A DNA stretch of 64,000 nucleotides from Dehalococcoidia bacterium (GCA_012959605.1 DUCU01000066.1:15319-79318), one strand, 5' to 3'. Positions 1-10,432 are shown, numbered from the stretch's first letter. The notes: generated from the letters alone by a model not told the origin. Numbers and translations: made by a program.

Positions 1-726
1 GAAGCTGAGATGATCAGCGGTGACCTAAACATCGTTGACGTACAGATGGTGGTCCAGTACGACATTAAAAACGTCGTAGATTTCCTGTTCAATGTCTCGG
101 ACCCAGGCGAAATTGACCGTGGCATCGACATAGGCAGTCCTGACGGGAGGACATTAAAAGACGCCTCAGAAGCGGCTCTTCGTCTGGTCATCGGCCAGAG
201 GACCATTGACGATGTGCTGACCGCCAGACGTGAAGAGGTGCAGGCGGCCACCAAACAGCTTTTGCAGACAATCCTAGACAGCTATCAATCTGGTATCAAC
301 GTGACCAACGTGCAGCTGCAGGACGTAAAAGCACCGGAAGAAGTACGCGACGCATTTGATGACGTGCTCCGGGCGCGCCAAGAACGTGACACCAGAATCA
401 ACCAGGCCAGGGCGTATGAGAATGACATCATACCCAGGGCTAGTGGTAACGCAGAAAGGATCAAGAGAGAAGCAGAGGCATTCGCCCAGTCCAGGGTTGC
501 CAGGGCAGAGGGTGAAGCTGAAGGATTCACTTCGATTTTGGGAGAATACAATCGATCCACACTGTCACAAAACGTTACCAGGCAACGGTTATATCTAGAG
601 GCAATGGAAGAGATTCTTCCTGGCATCGCCAAGATAATCGTCTCGCCAGACGCAGAATCCGTGCTGGTACTGGGCGATTCCGGCGGACGGATTCCATTGC
701 CCATCGGCCCCAGCCCCCAGCCGTAG
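1..726 (+). CDS. hflK: HflK-like SPFH/band-7 protein, 5'-partial (runs off window start)
   Basis: Frame 1 is open from base 1. The translation (NIVDVQMVVQYDIKN...RARQERDTRINQARAYENDIIPRASGNAERIKREAEAFAQSRVARAEGEAEGF) is typical of the HflK SPFH domain plus C-terminal coiled coil. It is followed by an hflC-like gene. Confidence 0.8.
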   Translation, partial: EAEMISGDLNIVDVQMVVQYDIKNVVDFLFNVSDPGEIDRGIDIGSPDGRTLKDASEAALRLVIGQRTIDDVLTARREEVQAATKQLLQTILDSYQSGINVTNVQLQDVKAPEEVRDAFDDVLRARQERDTRINQARAYENDIIPRASGNAERIKREAEAFAQSRVARAEGEAEGFTSILGEYNRSTLSQNVTRQRLYLEAMEEILPGIAKIIVSPDAESVLVLGDSGGRIPLPIGPSPQP

Positions 727-794
727 CCCCGCCGTAGCCCAATAAAAAAGACACCATTTCGATTGAATCCAATTTCGCACGAGAATTAAATTAA

Positions 795-2006
795 ATGAGA
801 ACTCTCATAATCGCAGGCATCATCATCATCGTGGGACTAATTGTCATATCCCAAGGCCTCTACGTAGTAGACGAGACGGAACAGGTTATAATTACCCGGT
901 TTGGTGAAGTCCAGTCTGTTAAAACCAAGCCCGGCCTCAACGTTAAAGCTCCCTTCGTCGATACTGTGGTCCGTTTTGACAAACGGCTTCTCAGGATTGA
1001 CGCAGACCCCGAGACGATGCGGGACGCCAACAAAGAAAACCTTAGCATTGACTCTTACGCCAGATACCGGATCATTGACCCAGTCCAGTTCCGGAAGACT
1101 CTGCTCACAGAGAGCAACGCTAGAAGCCGCTTGGGTGACATCGTAAACGCCACCCTGCGTGAGCGTATCGCTCTACGGACCAGGCCAGAGATTATCGGAG
1201 CAAGGCCAATCTTGGACCCCACTGGTAACCCGGTGGTAGACGATGAAGGCCTGCCGTTAATCGAAGGCACGGAATCAAGGACGGAGCTTCTGGCTGAAGT
1301 GCTAAGTGGAGTGCAAGCCCGTGTCAACGCACGAGAACAAACCATCCAACTTACGGTACCCGAACCTGGTGGAGCATTAGAAGGATTCCAATTCAGGATT
1401 GACGCAACAGTTATCAACGTAGGCAATATGCGCATCATTGCAGGACCAGAAGGCGAAGGAACTCCGGGCGTTGATGTGGAGATTCGAAGTTTCAGCGAGG
1501 CTGATGGAATGCTTACACTGGGAACGCAAGCAGAGGAGTCGCTGGATGCCGGTGATTCCTTCACCATTCAGTTCTTCGTTCCGCGTGATGAACCGTTCGG
1601 CATTGAGATTATCGATGTTCGTATCAAACGCGCCGACTTCCCGGACACGGTAACCCCCAGCATCTACACCAGGATGCGTGCAGAGCGGAACAGGATCGCC
1701 ACTAAGTTCCGTGCTGAGGGTGACGAGCAAGACCTGCAGATTCGCGCTGGCGCCGACAAGGAACGGGACATTATCCTAGCCGAGGCAGACAAGACCGCCA
1801 ATCAAGTCAGAGGCCAGGGTGAGGCGGATGCGATTCGTATTCTAGCCGAGGCCTTGGAAGAGGATCCTGAGTTCTTCTCCTTCCGGAGGAGCCTCGAAGC
1901 CTACAAGGTGTTCTTGAACCAGCGGACAACGGTCATCCTGTCTTCAGAGGCCGATATCTTCAAGTTCTTGCAAGGACCTGGAGAGGGCGTCGCAAACACC
2001 AATTAA
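795..2006 (+). CDS. hflC: HflC-like SPFH/band-7 protein with an enlarged central insert
   Basis: 403 aa. It has an N-terminal TM helix (IIAGIIIIVGLIVISQGLYVV), an SPFH core (VIITRFGEV..KPGLNVKAPFVDTVVRFDKR) and a C-terminal IEIIDVRIKRADFP..YTRMRAERNRIA..GEADAIRILAEA region as in HflC. Confidence 0.8.
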   Translation: MRTLIIAGIIIIVGLIVISQGLYVVDETEQVIITRFGEVQSVKTKPGLNVKAPFVDTVVRFDKRLLRIDADPETMRDANKENLSIDSYARYRIIDPVQFRKTLLTESNARSRLGDIVNATLRERIALRTRPEIIGARPILDPTGNPVVDDEGLPLIEGTESRTELLAEVLSGVQARVNAREQTIQLTVPEPGGALEGFQFRIDATVINVGNMRIIAGPEGEGTPGVDVEIRSFSEADGMLTLGTQAEESLDAGDSFTIQFFVPRDEPFGIEIIDVRIKRADFPDTVTPSIYTRMRAERNRIATKFRAEGDEQDLQIRAGADKERDIILAEADKTANQVRGQGEADAIRILAEALEEDPEFFSFRRSLEAYKVFLNQRTTVILSSEADIFKFLQGPGEGVANTN

Positions 2007-2040
2007 AAGTAGATGCCGGAGTTAATTCCGGCATCCAGCA
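2005..2040. terminator. bidirectional hairpin between convergent hflC and aldolase genes
   Basis: GATGCCGGA (2012..2020) pairs with TCCGGCATC (2027..2035). The flanks are A-rich on the plus side (AATTAAAAGTA) and T-rich when read on the minus strand. Confidence 0.55.
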
Positions 2041-2053
2041 AATGCACTAAAAC

Positions 2054-2908
2054 TTAACGACCAGCGATTCTACGGCCCTCGGCCAGACCATTAGTGGTCT
2101 TCTCGGGGGCCGTTATGATTATCCGGAACCCCTGTTCCAACCGCATCGGTACTTCGTCTGCGGTGCAGCCAGTGGCGCAGGGAACACCAAATTCCTTGCA
2201 GGCCTCCAAGATCGTCAGCAGGTTGGCTTGTACATCAGGATGACTGGCATTGCCCTTGTGTCCCATGGCCACAGACATGTCTCCCGGCCCAGCCCAGATG
2301 GCGCCGATTCCCTTAACTTCCCGCAGAATATCCCGCACGTTCTTCACGCCCACTGGGTCTTCAATGATGCCTATCAGCAGCATGTTGCCGTCCGGGTCCA
2401 GCGGCCAGAGGTCGGCCGCATCGTAGTACTCAGCCGGGGTCATGCCCCAGTAACGCGGCGCAATACGGTACCACCAGCCACGCTCTCCCTTGGGTTCAAA
2501 ATCTGCCACTCCAGGCACCTGGGGATAGCGGGCGGCTCTCACCGCCGCCTGGGCATCTTCCACGGTATCCAGATGCGGCAATACCAGACCATAGACTCCA
2601 GCGTCCAAGGCCTGCTTGATCACCCACTGATTGCGCTCACCGGTATTCGGCGGGATTCGCACAAACGGGGCCGGGTCAGCTTGCAGTGTGCCAGATTCGG
2701 CGATCTTTTTGCGGTTCATCAAGAACTGGAGCATGGTCCTAAGATCATTGAAATCGAACCCTTGATGCTCCATCTCAACAATGACCATGTCGTAATCGGC
2801 GTCGCCGACAAAGGTCATATCGTCCAAATTGCCATTCCAGACTAAGCCGGAGCAGAACACCGGCTTGTCCTGTTCCAATAGTTCAATCACCTTGTTATAG
2901 CGGACCAT
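2054..2908 (-). CDS. HpcH/HpaI-family 2-keto-3-deoxy-acid aldolase
   Basis: 284 aa. The translation KPVFCSGLVWNG..DADYDMVIVEMEHQGFDFNDLRTMLQF..VRIP resembles the HpcH/HpaI aldolase/citrate-lyase fold. GGAGAAACC precedes the ATG. Confidence 0.7.
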   Translation of the reverse strand: MVRYNKVIELLEQDKPVFCSGLVWNGNLDDMTFVGDADYDMVIVEMEHQGFDFNDLRTMLQFLMNRKKIAESGTLQADPAPFVRIPPNTGERNQWVIKQALDAGVYGLVLPHLDTVEDAQAAVRAARYPQVPGVADFEPKGERGWWYRIAPRYWGMTPAEYYDAADLWPLDPDGNMLLIGIIEDPVGVKNVRDILREVKGIGAIWAGPGDMSVAMGHKGNASHPDVQANLLTILEACKEFGVPCATGCTADEVPMRLEQGFRIIITAPEKTTNGLAEGRRIAGR

Positions 2909-3208
2909 GGTTTCTCCTTTAATTGCCGAGTTGGGTTGTAGCGTCTATCAAAATCATTATCTCGGGAGTCGCTATCCAATCGAATCTGAGTCCATCGTAT
3001 TTATAGAACGGATTTGATTGAATGGCGCGATTATGAAACTGGCTACCGTATTTGTCCACCGAAAACGCACTCAAACGCGTTGACGGGCGAGCCAAAATCA
3101 CCTACATTCTACGGACGCCTGGGAAATGGCCGTCTCCAATGGTTGATTTTTAGTTAACCCCGTTGGCAGATTAGTTCCGGAGCCTATCCATCCCAGCCAA
3201 GGACCTGC

Positions 3209-4366
3209 ATGAACATCCACGAGTTCCAAGCCAAAGAAGTATTCTCCCGTTATGGGATTCCGGTGCCTCGCGGCATTGTTGCCACCACCCCTGAAGAAGC
3301 CAAGGCTGCCACGGCAGAACTTGGTGGACAGTCAGTGGTAAAGGCCCAAATACACGCCGGCGGACGCGGCAAGTCCGGTGGCGTCAAATTAGTTCGCAGC
3401 CCAGAAGAAGCGTCGGAAGTGGCGCAGACGATGCTGGGAACCAATCTGGTCACTCCTCAGACCGGACCAGAGGGTGCTCCCGTAGAAAAGTTATTAATCG
3501 AAGAACTAGCCGACATCAAACAAGAACTCTACGTGGCGCTGACCATTGACCGTGGCCACCGGGGACCCGCCTTACTGGTGAGCACCCAGGGCGGCATGGA
3601 CATTGAAGAAGTAGCCGCAAATAACCCCGAAGACATCCACACCGAGCCCGTCGATCCCCTATCCGGGTTGATGCCGTTTCAGACTCGCCGTCTCGTACGC
3701 AAGTTAGGGTTGGATCAGGCCGTAGCCAGTGAAGCCGCTAAGGTTCTATCGGCCCTGTACCGCGTGTTTGTGGAGAACGACTGCACCCTGGTTGAGATCA
3801 ACCCCCTGATAATCACTGGCGAAGGCCATGTGGTAGCACTGGACGCCAAGATCAACCTGGACGACGATTCCATGTTCCGCCACGCGGACCTTCTGGCCTA
3901 CCGTGATGTCAGCCAGGAAGACCCGTTGGAAGCTCAGGCGTCGGACTTGGATATCGCTTATGTAAACTTGGACGGCGATGTAGGCTGCCTGGTCAACGGT
4001 GCGGGTCTGGCCATGGCCACACTAGATGTGACCAACGCTGCCGGAGCAGCCCCGGCCAACTTCTTAGACGTGGGCGGCGGAGCAACTCCGGAGAAAGTCT
4101 CCAGCGCCGTCAAGATTATCCTCTCAGACCCCAAAGTGAAACGAGTATTGATCAACATCTTTGGTGGCATTCTCCGTTGCGACATCGCCGGAGAGGGCAT
4201 CGTGATGGCGTACAAGGAAACTGGCTCAACTGTTCCACTGGTGGTCAGGATGCTGGGCACCAACGTGGCGGAAGGGAAAGAAATACTGGGCGCATCGGGA
4301 CTGCCGGTGGTTTTTGCGGACACGCTCACTGATGCCTCCAACGCCATCAAACAGATTAAAGTTTAA
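3209..4366 (+). CDS. sucC: succinyl-CoA synthetase beta subunit (ADP-forming)
   Basis: 385 aa with MNIHEFQAKEVFSRYGIPVPRG...VVKAQIHAGGRGKSGGVKL, the canonical SucC ATP-grasp N-terminus. sucD follows. Confidence 0.95.
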   Translation: MNIHEFQAKEVFSRYGIPVPRGIVATTPEEAKAATAELGGQSVVKAQIHAGGRGKSGGVKLVRSPEEASEVAQTMLGTNLVTPQTGPEGAPVEKLLIEELADIKQELYVALTIDRGHRGPALLVSTQGGMDIEEVAANNPEDIHTEPVDPLSGLMPFQTRRLVRKLGLDQAVASEAAKVLSALYRVFVENDCTLVEINPLIITGEGHVVALDAKINLDDDSMFRHADLLAYRDVSQEDPLEAQASDLDIAYVNLDGDVGCLVNGAGLAMATLDVTNAAGAAPANFLDVGGGATPEKVSSAVKIILSDPKVKRVLINIFGGILRCDIAGEGIVMAYKETGSTVPLVVRMLGTNVAEGKEILGASGLPVVFADTLTDASNAIKQIKV

Positions 4367-4434
4367 AACCTAAGTTTAGTAGCCAAATTTTCAATGCGAT
4401 ATTTAACCGCAAGCGCGGTCGGAGATAAACCCTG

Positions 4435-5328
4435 ATGGGAGTACTGGTAGACGAAACAACTAGGGTGTTGGTGCAGGGGATAACCGGAAAGGAAGGCAGC
4501 TTCCACGCCCGTGGCTGCATGGCCTACGGCACCAACGTGGTGGCTGGAGTTACCCCCGGCAAGGGCGGGACGATGTTCGACGACAAAGTCCCCGTGTTCA
4601 ACTCGGTTGAAGAAGCTGTGGCTGAGACTCAGGCCAATATGTCACTGATATTCGTGCCGCCACCCTTCGCGCCCGACGCCATCTTAGAATCCGCTGACGC
4701 CGGTATCCCGCTCATAGCCTGCATCACAGAGGGCGTCCCGGTTCAGGACATGGTCAAGGTCTACCGCTACATAGAAAACAAACCTACCAGGCTGATTGGG
4801 CCCAACTGCCCCGGACTCATCAACCCCGGCGCCAAGTGCAAAATAGGTATCATGCCCGGAGCGATTCACCTACCGGGAAGGGTGGGCGTACTCTCACGCA
4901 GTGGCACCTTGACCTATGAAGCCGTGGGACAGCTCACCACCCTCAATTTAGGCCAGTCTAGCTGTGTCGGAATTGGCGGCGACCCAATCATTGGTACCAA
5001 CTTTGTGGACGTTCTACGCCTGTTCGACGCCGACCCAGACACCGATGCAGTGGTGATGATTGGCGAGATTGGCGGCACCATGGAACAAGACGCCGCTGCG
5101 TTCATCAAGGCAGAATTCAGCAAACCAGTGGCAGCATTGGTCGTCGGCGCATCAGCCCCTCCTGGCAAACGTATGGGGCACGCCGGAGCAATCATCACCG
5201 GAGAGAGCGCAACTGCCGAGTACAAGATTGCCGCGCTGACGGATGCCGGCGCTTGGGTAATTCCCACTCCAGCTGACATCGGCACCACCGCTCAGGAGAT
5301 GCTCCGCAGCAAAAGCCTGCTGACCTAG
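4435..5328 (+). CDS. sucD: succinyl-CoA synthetase alpha subunit
   Basis: 297 aa with [24 protein letters not shown] and GHAGAII (phosphohistidine loop). Confidence 0.95.
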   Translation: MGVLVDETTRVLVQGITGKEGSFHARGCMAYGTNVVAGVTPGKGGTMFDDKVPVFNSVEEAVAETQANMSLIFVPPPFAPDAILESADAGIPLIACITEGVPVQDMVKVYRYIENKPTRLIGPNCPGLINPGAKCKIGIMPGAIHLPGRVGVLSRSGTLTYEAVGQLTTLNLGQSSCVGIGGDPIIGTNFVDVLRLFDADPDTDAVVMIGEIGGTMEQDAAAFIKAEFSKPVAALVVGASAPPGKRMGHAGAIITGESATAEYKIAALTDAGAWVIPTPADIGTTAQEMLRSKSLLT

Positions 5329-5460
5329 GCAGTGCTCCCCCAACGGCCTGAGTAGCTTCCGCGTGATTGTTACCCAAAACTGCGCCTGATATACTGAATC
5401 TCAGTAACGCACAGGCGCAATTTCATCCTGCGACGCCACCTAACGAGACCTTCTTTTTCT

Positions 5461-6933
5461 ATGGAATACGAAACAGTCATTGGCCTAGAAGTACACGTCC
5501 AACTGCGGACCCAGAGCAAGATGTTTTGCTCCTGCCGGGCCGATTACCAGACCGCACCCGCGAACAGCCGAGTTTGTCCCGTATGCCTCGGTCTGCCGGG
5601 AACCCTACCGGTCATCAACAAGAAGGCCGTTGAGTTCACCATCATGACCGGCTTGGCCTTGGGCTGTGAAATACCCAAACTGACCAAGTTTGACCGCAAG
5701 AACTACCCCTACCCGGACCTGATGAAGGGGTACCAGATATCTCAGTTTGATCTGCCATTGGCCTTGAACGGCGAGATGGACATCACCGCCGACGGCCAGG
5801 ACCGAACGGTCCGCGTGGAACGAGTCCACCTGGAAGAGGATGTTTCCAAGCTCCAGCACGTTAGTGATGAAAACGATGACCCCCATAGCCTGGTCGACGT
5901 GAACCGCTCCGGAGTTCCACTCATGGAGGTAGTTAGCCACCCGGACATGCGCACTCCGGAAGAAGCCCGTTCTTACCTGACCAAGCTGCACTCGATTATC
6001 CAATACTTAGGAGTTTCCACCGCTAACGCCCAGGATGGCAGCTTCCGTTGCGATGCCAACATCAGCCTGCGGCCGGTGGGACAGAAAGAATACGGCACCA
6101 AGGCTGAGATTAAGAACATGAACAGCCTCCGGGCAGTATTCATGGCCCTGAACCACGAACAGGAACGCCAAAAGAGAGTCCTGGATTCAGGAGAACGCGT
6201 CATTCAGGAGACTCGTGGCTGGTCTGAGGAGCGTAGCGCGACGTATTCTCAGCGCAGCAAGGAAGAGGCTCACGACTATCGGTATTTCCCAGAGCCAGAC
6301 CTGCCCCCTCTAGTGATTGAAGACTCCTGGATCGAAGAACTTAGAAACAATCTTCCTGAGTTGGCTACTGACCGGCTAGCAAGGTTCACAGATCAATACG
6401 GGCTTCCCGAGTACGATGCCAGGCTGTTGACCAACTCCAAGGGCATGGCCGACTACTACGAGCAGGCAACCAGACTCCACGCCACAGACAGCGATAATGG
6501 CCAGAAGTTTGCCAAGAATGTTAGTAACTGGATTCTGGGCGACCTGAGTCGCCTGCTGAACTTGGAAGACCGTCTGATAGACGAATCACCGGTGCCCCCA
6601 GAAAGCCTGGTTGAGTTGATTGACCTGGTGGACAAAGACACGGTTAGCGTATCCATGGCCAAAACGGTCTTGGAAGAAGCCTTTGAATCCGGTGGTTCAC
6701 CGGCGCAGATAGTCCAAGAAAAGGGATATACTCAGATAAGCGATTCTTCCGCTGTCGATGAGGCGGTTGGCCAGGCCATTGACGCCAACCCACAGGCAGT
6801 GGCGGATTACATGGGCGGAAAAGAAACCGCCGCCAAATTCCTGGTGGGCCAGGTGATGAAAATCACCAAGGGTCAGGCCAAGCCCGACCTAGTTAATGAA
6901 CTGGTCGTTGTGGCCTTGGAAAAACTCAAGTAA
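5461..6933 (+). CDS. gatB: Asp-tRNA(Asn)/Glu-tRNA(Gln) amidotransferase subunit B
   Basis: 490 aa with MEYETVIGLEVHVQL..KMFCSC...CPVCLGLPGTLPVIN and a C-terminal YqeY-like tail. No gatA or gatC is adjacent. Confidence 0.95.
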   Translation: MEYETVIGLEVHVQLRTQSKMFCSCRADYQTAPANSRVCPVCLGLPGTLPVINKKAVEFTIMTGLALGCEIPKLTKFDRKNYPYPDLMKGYQISQFDLPLALNGEMDITADGQDRTVRVERVHLEEDVSKLQHVSDENDDPHSLVDVNRSGVPLMEVVSHPDMRTPEEARSYLTKLHSIIQYLGVSTANAQDGSFRCDANISLRPVGQKEYGTKAEIKNMNSLRAVFMALNHEQERQKRVLDSGERVIQETRGWSEERSATYSQRSKEEAHDYRYFPEPDLPPLVIEDSWIEELRNNLPELATDRLARFTDQYGLPEYDARLLTNSKGMADYYEQATRLHATDSDNGQKFAKNVSNWILGDLSRLLNLEDRLIDESPVPPESLVELIDLVDKDTVSVSMAKTVLEEAFESGGSPAQIVQEKGYTQISDSSAVDEAVGQAIDANPQAVADYMGGKETAAKFLVGQVMKITKGQAKPDLVNELVVVALEKLK

Positions 6934-7004
6934 CCTAGCCTTAAACACCCCAGCATAACGCGGGGATATTCAGAACGGGCGGTAGCGTCCGCCGAGGTCA
7001 ATCC

Positions 7005-7220
7005 ATGAACGATTTCATGAACATCATCCAACTGCTGATTTCTATCTTGCTGGTGGTTGTAATCCTAGCTCAGGTGAAAGAGGGTGGCGGCGGGCTATTC
7101 GGCTCCGCATCATCGACTATTCGCACTCGCCGTGGTCTGGAAAAAACACTGTTCCAGTTCACAATTTTTTTAGCGATATCGTTCATAGTCATCTCGATCA
7201 TCAGCGTAAGAGTAGGTTAA
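7005..7220 (+). CDS. secG: preprotein translocase subunit SecG
   Basis: 71 aa with two TM helices flanking a Gly-rich loop (KEGGGGLFGSASS..TRRGLEKTL), the classic SecG layout. Confidence 0.8.
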   Translation: MNDFMNIIQLLISILLVVVILAQVKEGGGGLFGSASSTIRTRRGLEKTLFQFTIFLAISFIVISIISVRVG

Positions 7221-7262
7221 TTTGGGCGGTCGCACCCGCCCTTCCCCGGAATATAAATCGGT

Positions 7263-8102
7263 ATGAAATCGCCACTGCTGGTATTCACCACCGACTTTGG
7301 GCTGTCCGACGCCTATGCGGGCGTCATGAAGGGCGTAGCCCTCTCCATCAACCCCAACCTCCGCTTCATAGACCTCTCCCACCAGATATTGCCTCAGAAC
7401 GTGGCTCAGGGCTCGTTCCTACTTGGGATCAACCACAAGTATTTCCCGAACCACGCCATCCAAGTCGCTGTAGTTGATCCCGGTGTAGGCACCGACCGCA
7501 GACCCATACTTCTCACCACCCCTTGCGGGAGCTTTGTCGCCCCGGATAACGGCCTGCTCAGCGGGGTGATTTCCAGCTACCTAACATCAGTTTCTGCTGA
7601 AGCTGGCTTGGTAGAACTGCCATCCCCGCTTACAGCGGTGCACCTGACCAACGAGAAATATTGGCGTCACCCAGTCAGTGAGACCTTTCATGGGCGAGAC
7701 GTTTTTACGCCGGTGGCGGCTCACCTGTCACTAGGAGTCGCGCCTGAAGACTTGGGTGAGCCAGTGAGCCGTGTCTTCTTTCTGCCATTGCCTCAGCCTG
7801 TAACGAACGGCGACGAGATTACCGGGCAGGTGATCTACCAAGACGTCTACGGCAACTTAATCACAAATATCTTGGCTGAAACTCTATACGGTTTGGGGAA
7901 CGTCGCAGTTCTGATAAAGAACCGTAGAGTTGCTGGGTTGAGCCGCACCTTCAACGACAATACCCATGTGAATGGGGATGGATTGATCGCGTTGGCTGGC
8001 AGTCATGGTTATTTGGAGGTTGCTGTGGCCAACGGAAACGCAGGAATCCTCTTGGAGGCAGGCGAGGGAGAGCCGGTTACGGCCGTGACTCACTCAAGTT
8101 GA
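7263..8102 (+). CDS. SAM hydroxide adenosyltransferase family protein (DUF62, fluorinase/chlorinase-like)
   Basis: 279 aa with LVFTTDFGLSDAYAGVMKGV..VAVVDPGVGTDRRP..APDNGLLS..FHGRDVFTPVAAHL, hallmark DUF62 motifs. Confidence 0.8.
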   Translation: MKSPLLVFTTDFGLSDAYAGVMKGVALSINPNLRFIDLSHQILPQNVAQGSFLLGINHKYFPNHAIQVAVVDPGVGTDRRPILLTTPCGSFVAPDNGLLSGVISSYLTSVSAEAGLVELPSPLTAVHLTNEKYWRHPVSETFHGRDVFTPVAAHLSLGVAPEDLGEPVSRVFFLPLPQPVTNGDEITGQVIYQDVYGNLITNILAETLYGLGNVAVLIKNRRVAGLSRTFNDNTHVNGDGLIALAGSHGYLEVAVANGNAGILLEAGEGEPVTAVTHSS

Positions 8103-8138
8103 CATAGTTAGGCGGCGTGCTAACATATCCGAAAATCT

Positions 8139-8166
8139 GCTCGGCTCGCCGAGCCTCGATTTTTTC
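8139..8166 (+). terminator. intrinsic terminator after the DUF62 gene
   Basis: GCTCGGC (8139..8145) pairs with GCCGAGC (8148..8154), followed by CTCGATTTTTT. Confidence 0.5.
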
Positions 8167-8211
8167 CTGAACTAATAAGTACCATCCTTCTTAAGAAGGA
8201 TAGGAGGAAGC

Positions 8212-9219
8212 ATGGATTTAGACCGCGAGGCTCTACTTAAGCTCTATAACACAATGACAGTGATCCGCCACTTCGAAGAACGTGGTATCCCGGAAACGGG
8301 TCAGCGGGGCATGTCAGCCTCGGTCCATTCCTCTGCGGGCCAAGAGGCAGTCCCGGTCGGTGTCTGTGCCAACCTCAGCGACGAAGACTACATCGGTAGC
8401 ACCCACAGGGGCCACGGCCATTGCATCGCCAAGGGTGTCGATGTGAAGCAAATGATGGCCGAACTCTTTGGCCGCGCCACCGGGCCCAACAAGGGCAAGG
8501 GCGGCTCAATGCACATCTCAGACATGAGCAAAGGCATGTTGGGCACCAATGGAGTGGTTGGCGCCAGCATTCCTCTGGCGCTGGGGGCAGCGCTAACATC
8601 CAAGGTCAAGGGCCTAAACCGGGTGGCCGTTGCCTTCTTCGGCGATGGCGCATCCAGCCAGGGCGTCCTACACGAGTCGATGAACCTAGCCTCCATTTGG
8701 AAGCTGCCCGTCATCTTCCTGTGCGAGAATAACGGTTACGCTATGTCGACCCCCAGCGAGTACGGGGTGTCCACGACCCACATTTCAGACCGCGCCCAGG
8801 GTTACGATATGCCTGGCGTACTCGTTGATGGCATGGATGTCTTCGCTGTTTACGATGCCGCAGCCCAAGCCGTAGCCAGAGCGCGATCAGGGGAAGGCCC
8901 CACATTGGTTGAATGCCAGACTTATCGTTATTACGGTCACACGGTATTTGATAACCCGCTGACCTACCGCTCCAAGGAAGAAGAAGACCATTGGCGCGCC
9001 CGTGATCCATTGAACCATTTCCGGACCGTCGTGATTCCTCAGGGTGAGATAACGGCCGCCGAGTTGGACCAGCTGGACGCTGACGCTGAAGCCCTAATGG
9101 AAGAGGCAGTTAAGTTCGCCGATGAAAGTCCTCTGCCGAAGCCGGAAGAACTGTACGACGACGTTTATGTCGACTACCCCAAAGACATGATGAAACGCGG
9201 CGTGAACATGTCGATCTAG
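8212..9219 (+). CDS. TPP-dependent 2-oxoacid dehydrogenase E1 alpha subunit (PdhA/AcoA-like)
   Basis: 335 aa with YR.HGH and the GDGASSQGVLHESMNLASIWKLPVIFLCENNGYA TPP-binding motif. The RBS AGGAGGAAGC precedes the ATG. Confidence 0.85.
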   Translation: MDLDREALLKLYNTMTVIRHFEERGIPETGQRGMSASVHSSAGQEAVPVGVCANLSDEDYIGSTHRGHGHCIAKGVDVKQMMAELFGRATGPNKGKGGSMHISDMSKGMLGTNGVVGASIPLALGAALTSKVKGLNRVAVAFFGDGASSQGVLHESMNLASIWKLPVIFLCENNGYAMSTPSEYGVSTTHISDRAQGYDMPGVLVDGMDVFAVYDAAAQAVARARSGEGPTLVECQTYRYYGHTVFDNPLTYRSKEEEDHWRARDPLNHFRTVVIPQGEITAAELDQLDADAEALMEEAVKFADESPLPKPEELYDDVYVDYPKDMMKRGVNMSI

Positions 9220-9287
9220 CCGGACGATTAAGCAATCAACACGCAGGTTAGATTAATCGCGTGCTCAGGTCATTTAAGGAGATTCAT

Positions 9288-10328
9288 ATGACGACCACAA
9301 TGCAACCGACCGGCACCCGCGAGATTCAATTCAGAGAAGCCATTAACGAATGTCTCCGCCAGGAAATGGAACTGGACGAGAACGTAATCATCATGGGTGA
9401 GGAGATTGCCGGAGGCGCCGGACGCCAGGACCAGGGCGTTGAAGACGCCTGGGGTGGCCCCTTTCGCACCACCGTCGGCCTGATCCAGCAGTTCGGGAAG
9501 GAGCGAGTGCTAGACACTCCTCTGTCAGAGGCTGCTTTCATTGGAGCAGCCATCGGAGCCTCTTCCACCGGTCTCCGGGCCGTGGCCGAGCTCATGTTCA
9601 TAGACTTCATCGGCGTTTGTATGGATCAGCTGATCAACAACGCCGCCAAGATGCGCTACATGTTTGGTGGGCAGGTTAAAGTGCCCTTCACAATGATGAC
9701 CCGCATTGGAGCCGGATTCGGGGCCGCTGCCCAGCACTCTGAGTCCTACTACTCCATATTCAGCCACATTCCCGGTCTGAAGGGCGTCTGCCCCTCTGAC
9801 GCCTACACTGCCAAAGGTTTGCTGGCTGCGAGCATCCGAGACGACGACCCGGTAGTGTTCTTTGAGCACAAGGGTCTATACGGAATATCCGGCCCAGTCC
9901 CTGAAGAGCCATACGTACTGCCCTTGGGCAAAGCCCGCACGGTGCGGGAAGGGACTGACATCACGTTGGTCGGCATCTCCAAGATGACCTGGACTGCCTT
10001 CGCCGCCGCTGAAGAACTGGCCAAAGAGGGTATAAACTGCGAGGTCATCGACCTGCTCAGCGTGTCGCCCATCGACTACGACCACATCAATGAGTCGGTC
10101 CAAAAGACGCACCGCCTGATTGTGGTGGATGAAGACACTCCGGTCTGTAGCATGGCTTCTGAGATTTGCTCCCGTGTGGCCGAAGAGGTATTCGATTACC
10201 TGGACGCCCCGCCTTCCCGCGTCACTGCTCCCCACACGCCCGTTCCTTACAGCCGGGCCATGGAGAACGAGTACATGCCCAACGAGACTCGCATAATCGC
10301 AACAGTAAATAAGTTGATGGGCCGATAA
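9288..10328 (+). CDS. 2-oxoacid dehydrogenase E1 beta subunit (PdhB/AcoB-like)
   Basis: Transketolase-like pyrimidine-binding and C-terminal domains (VLDTPLSEAAFIGAAIGAS..FEHKGLY). I prefer ATG 9288 (AAGGAG 7 nt upstream) over the ORF-track GTG at 9261. No E2 or E3 gene is nearby. Confidence 0.85.
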   Translation: MTTTMQPTGTREIQFREAINECLRQEMELDENVIIMGEEIAGGAGRQDQGVEDAWGGPFRTTVGLIQQFGKERVLDTPLSEAAFIGAAIGASSTGLRAVAELMFIDFIGVCMDQLINNAAKMRYMFGGQVKVPFTMMTRIGAGFGAAAQHSESYYSIFSHIPGLKGVCPSDAYTAKGLLAASIRDDDPVVFFEHKGLYGISGPVPEEPYVLPLGKARTVREGTDITLVGISKMTWTAFAAAEELAKEGINCEVIDLLSVSPIDYDHINESVQKTHRLIVVDEDTPVCSMASEICSRVAEEVFDYLDAPPSRVTAPHTPVPYSRAMENEYMPNETRIIATVNKLMGR

Positions 10329-10370
10329 CCCCCGTAATCTCTAAGGGTGCCTTCTGATTTAAGCACACCA

Positions 10371-10410
10371 ACCACCGGTCTCGAACAATTGGGACCGGTG
10401 GTTATTTTTT
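10371..10410 (+). terminator. intrinsic terminator after the E1 beta gene
   Basis: ACCACCGGTC (10371..10380) pairs with GACCGGTGGT (10393..10402), followed by TATTTTTT. Confidence 0.75.
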
Positions 10411-10432
10411 AGCCAATCTAGTCGGAGTTTTT

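Noticed and set aside
2919-3101. 60-aa ORF in the aldolase/sucC divergent intergenic region
   Set aside because: It has no RBS and no recognisable motif, and it lies in a probable promoter region.
8212-10328. E1 alpha/beta pair without E2/E3 as an unusual orphan complex
   Set aside because: E2 and E3 genes are frequently encoded elsewhere, and AcoAB-like E1 pairs occur alone. Nothing in the sequence is abnormal.
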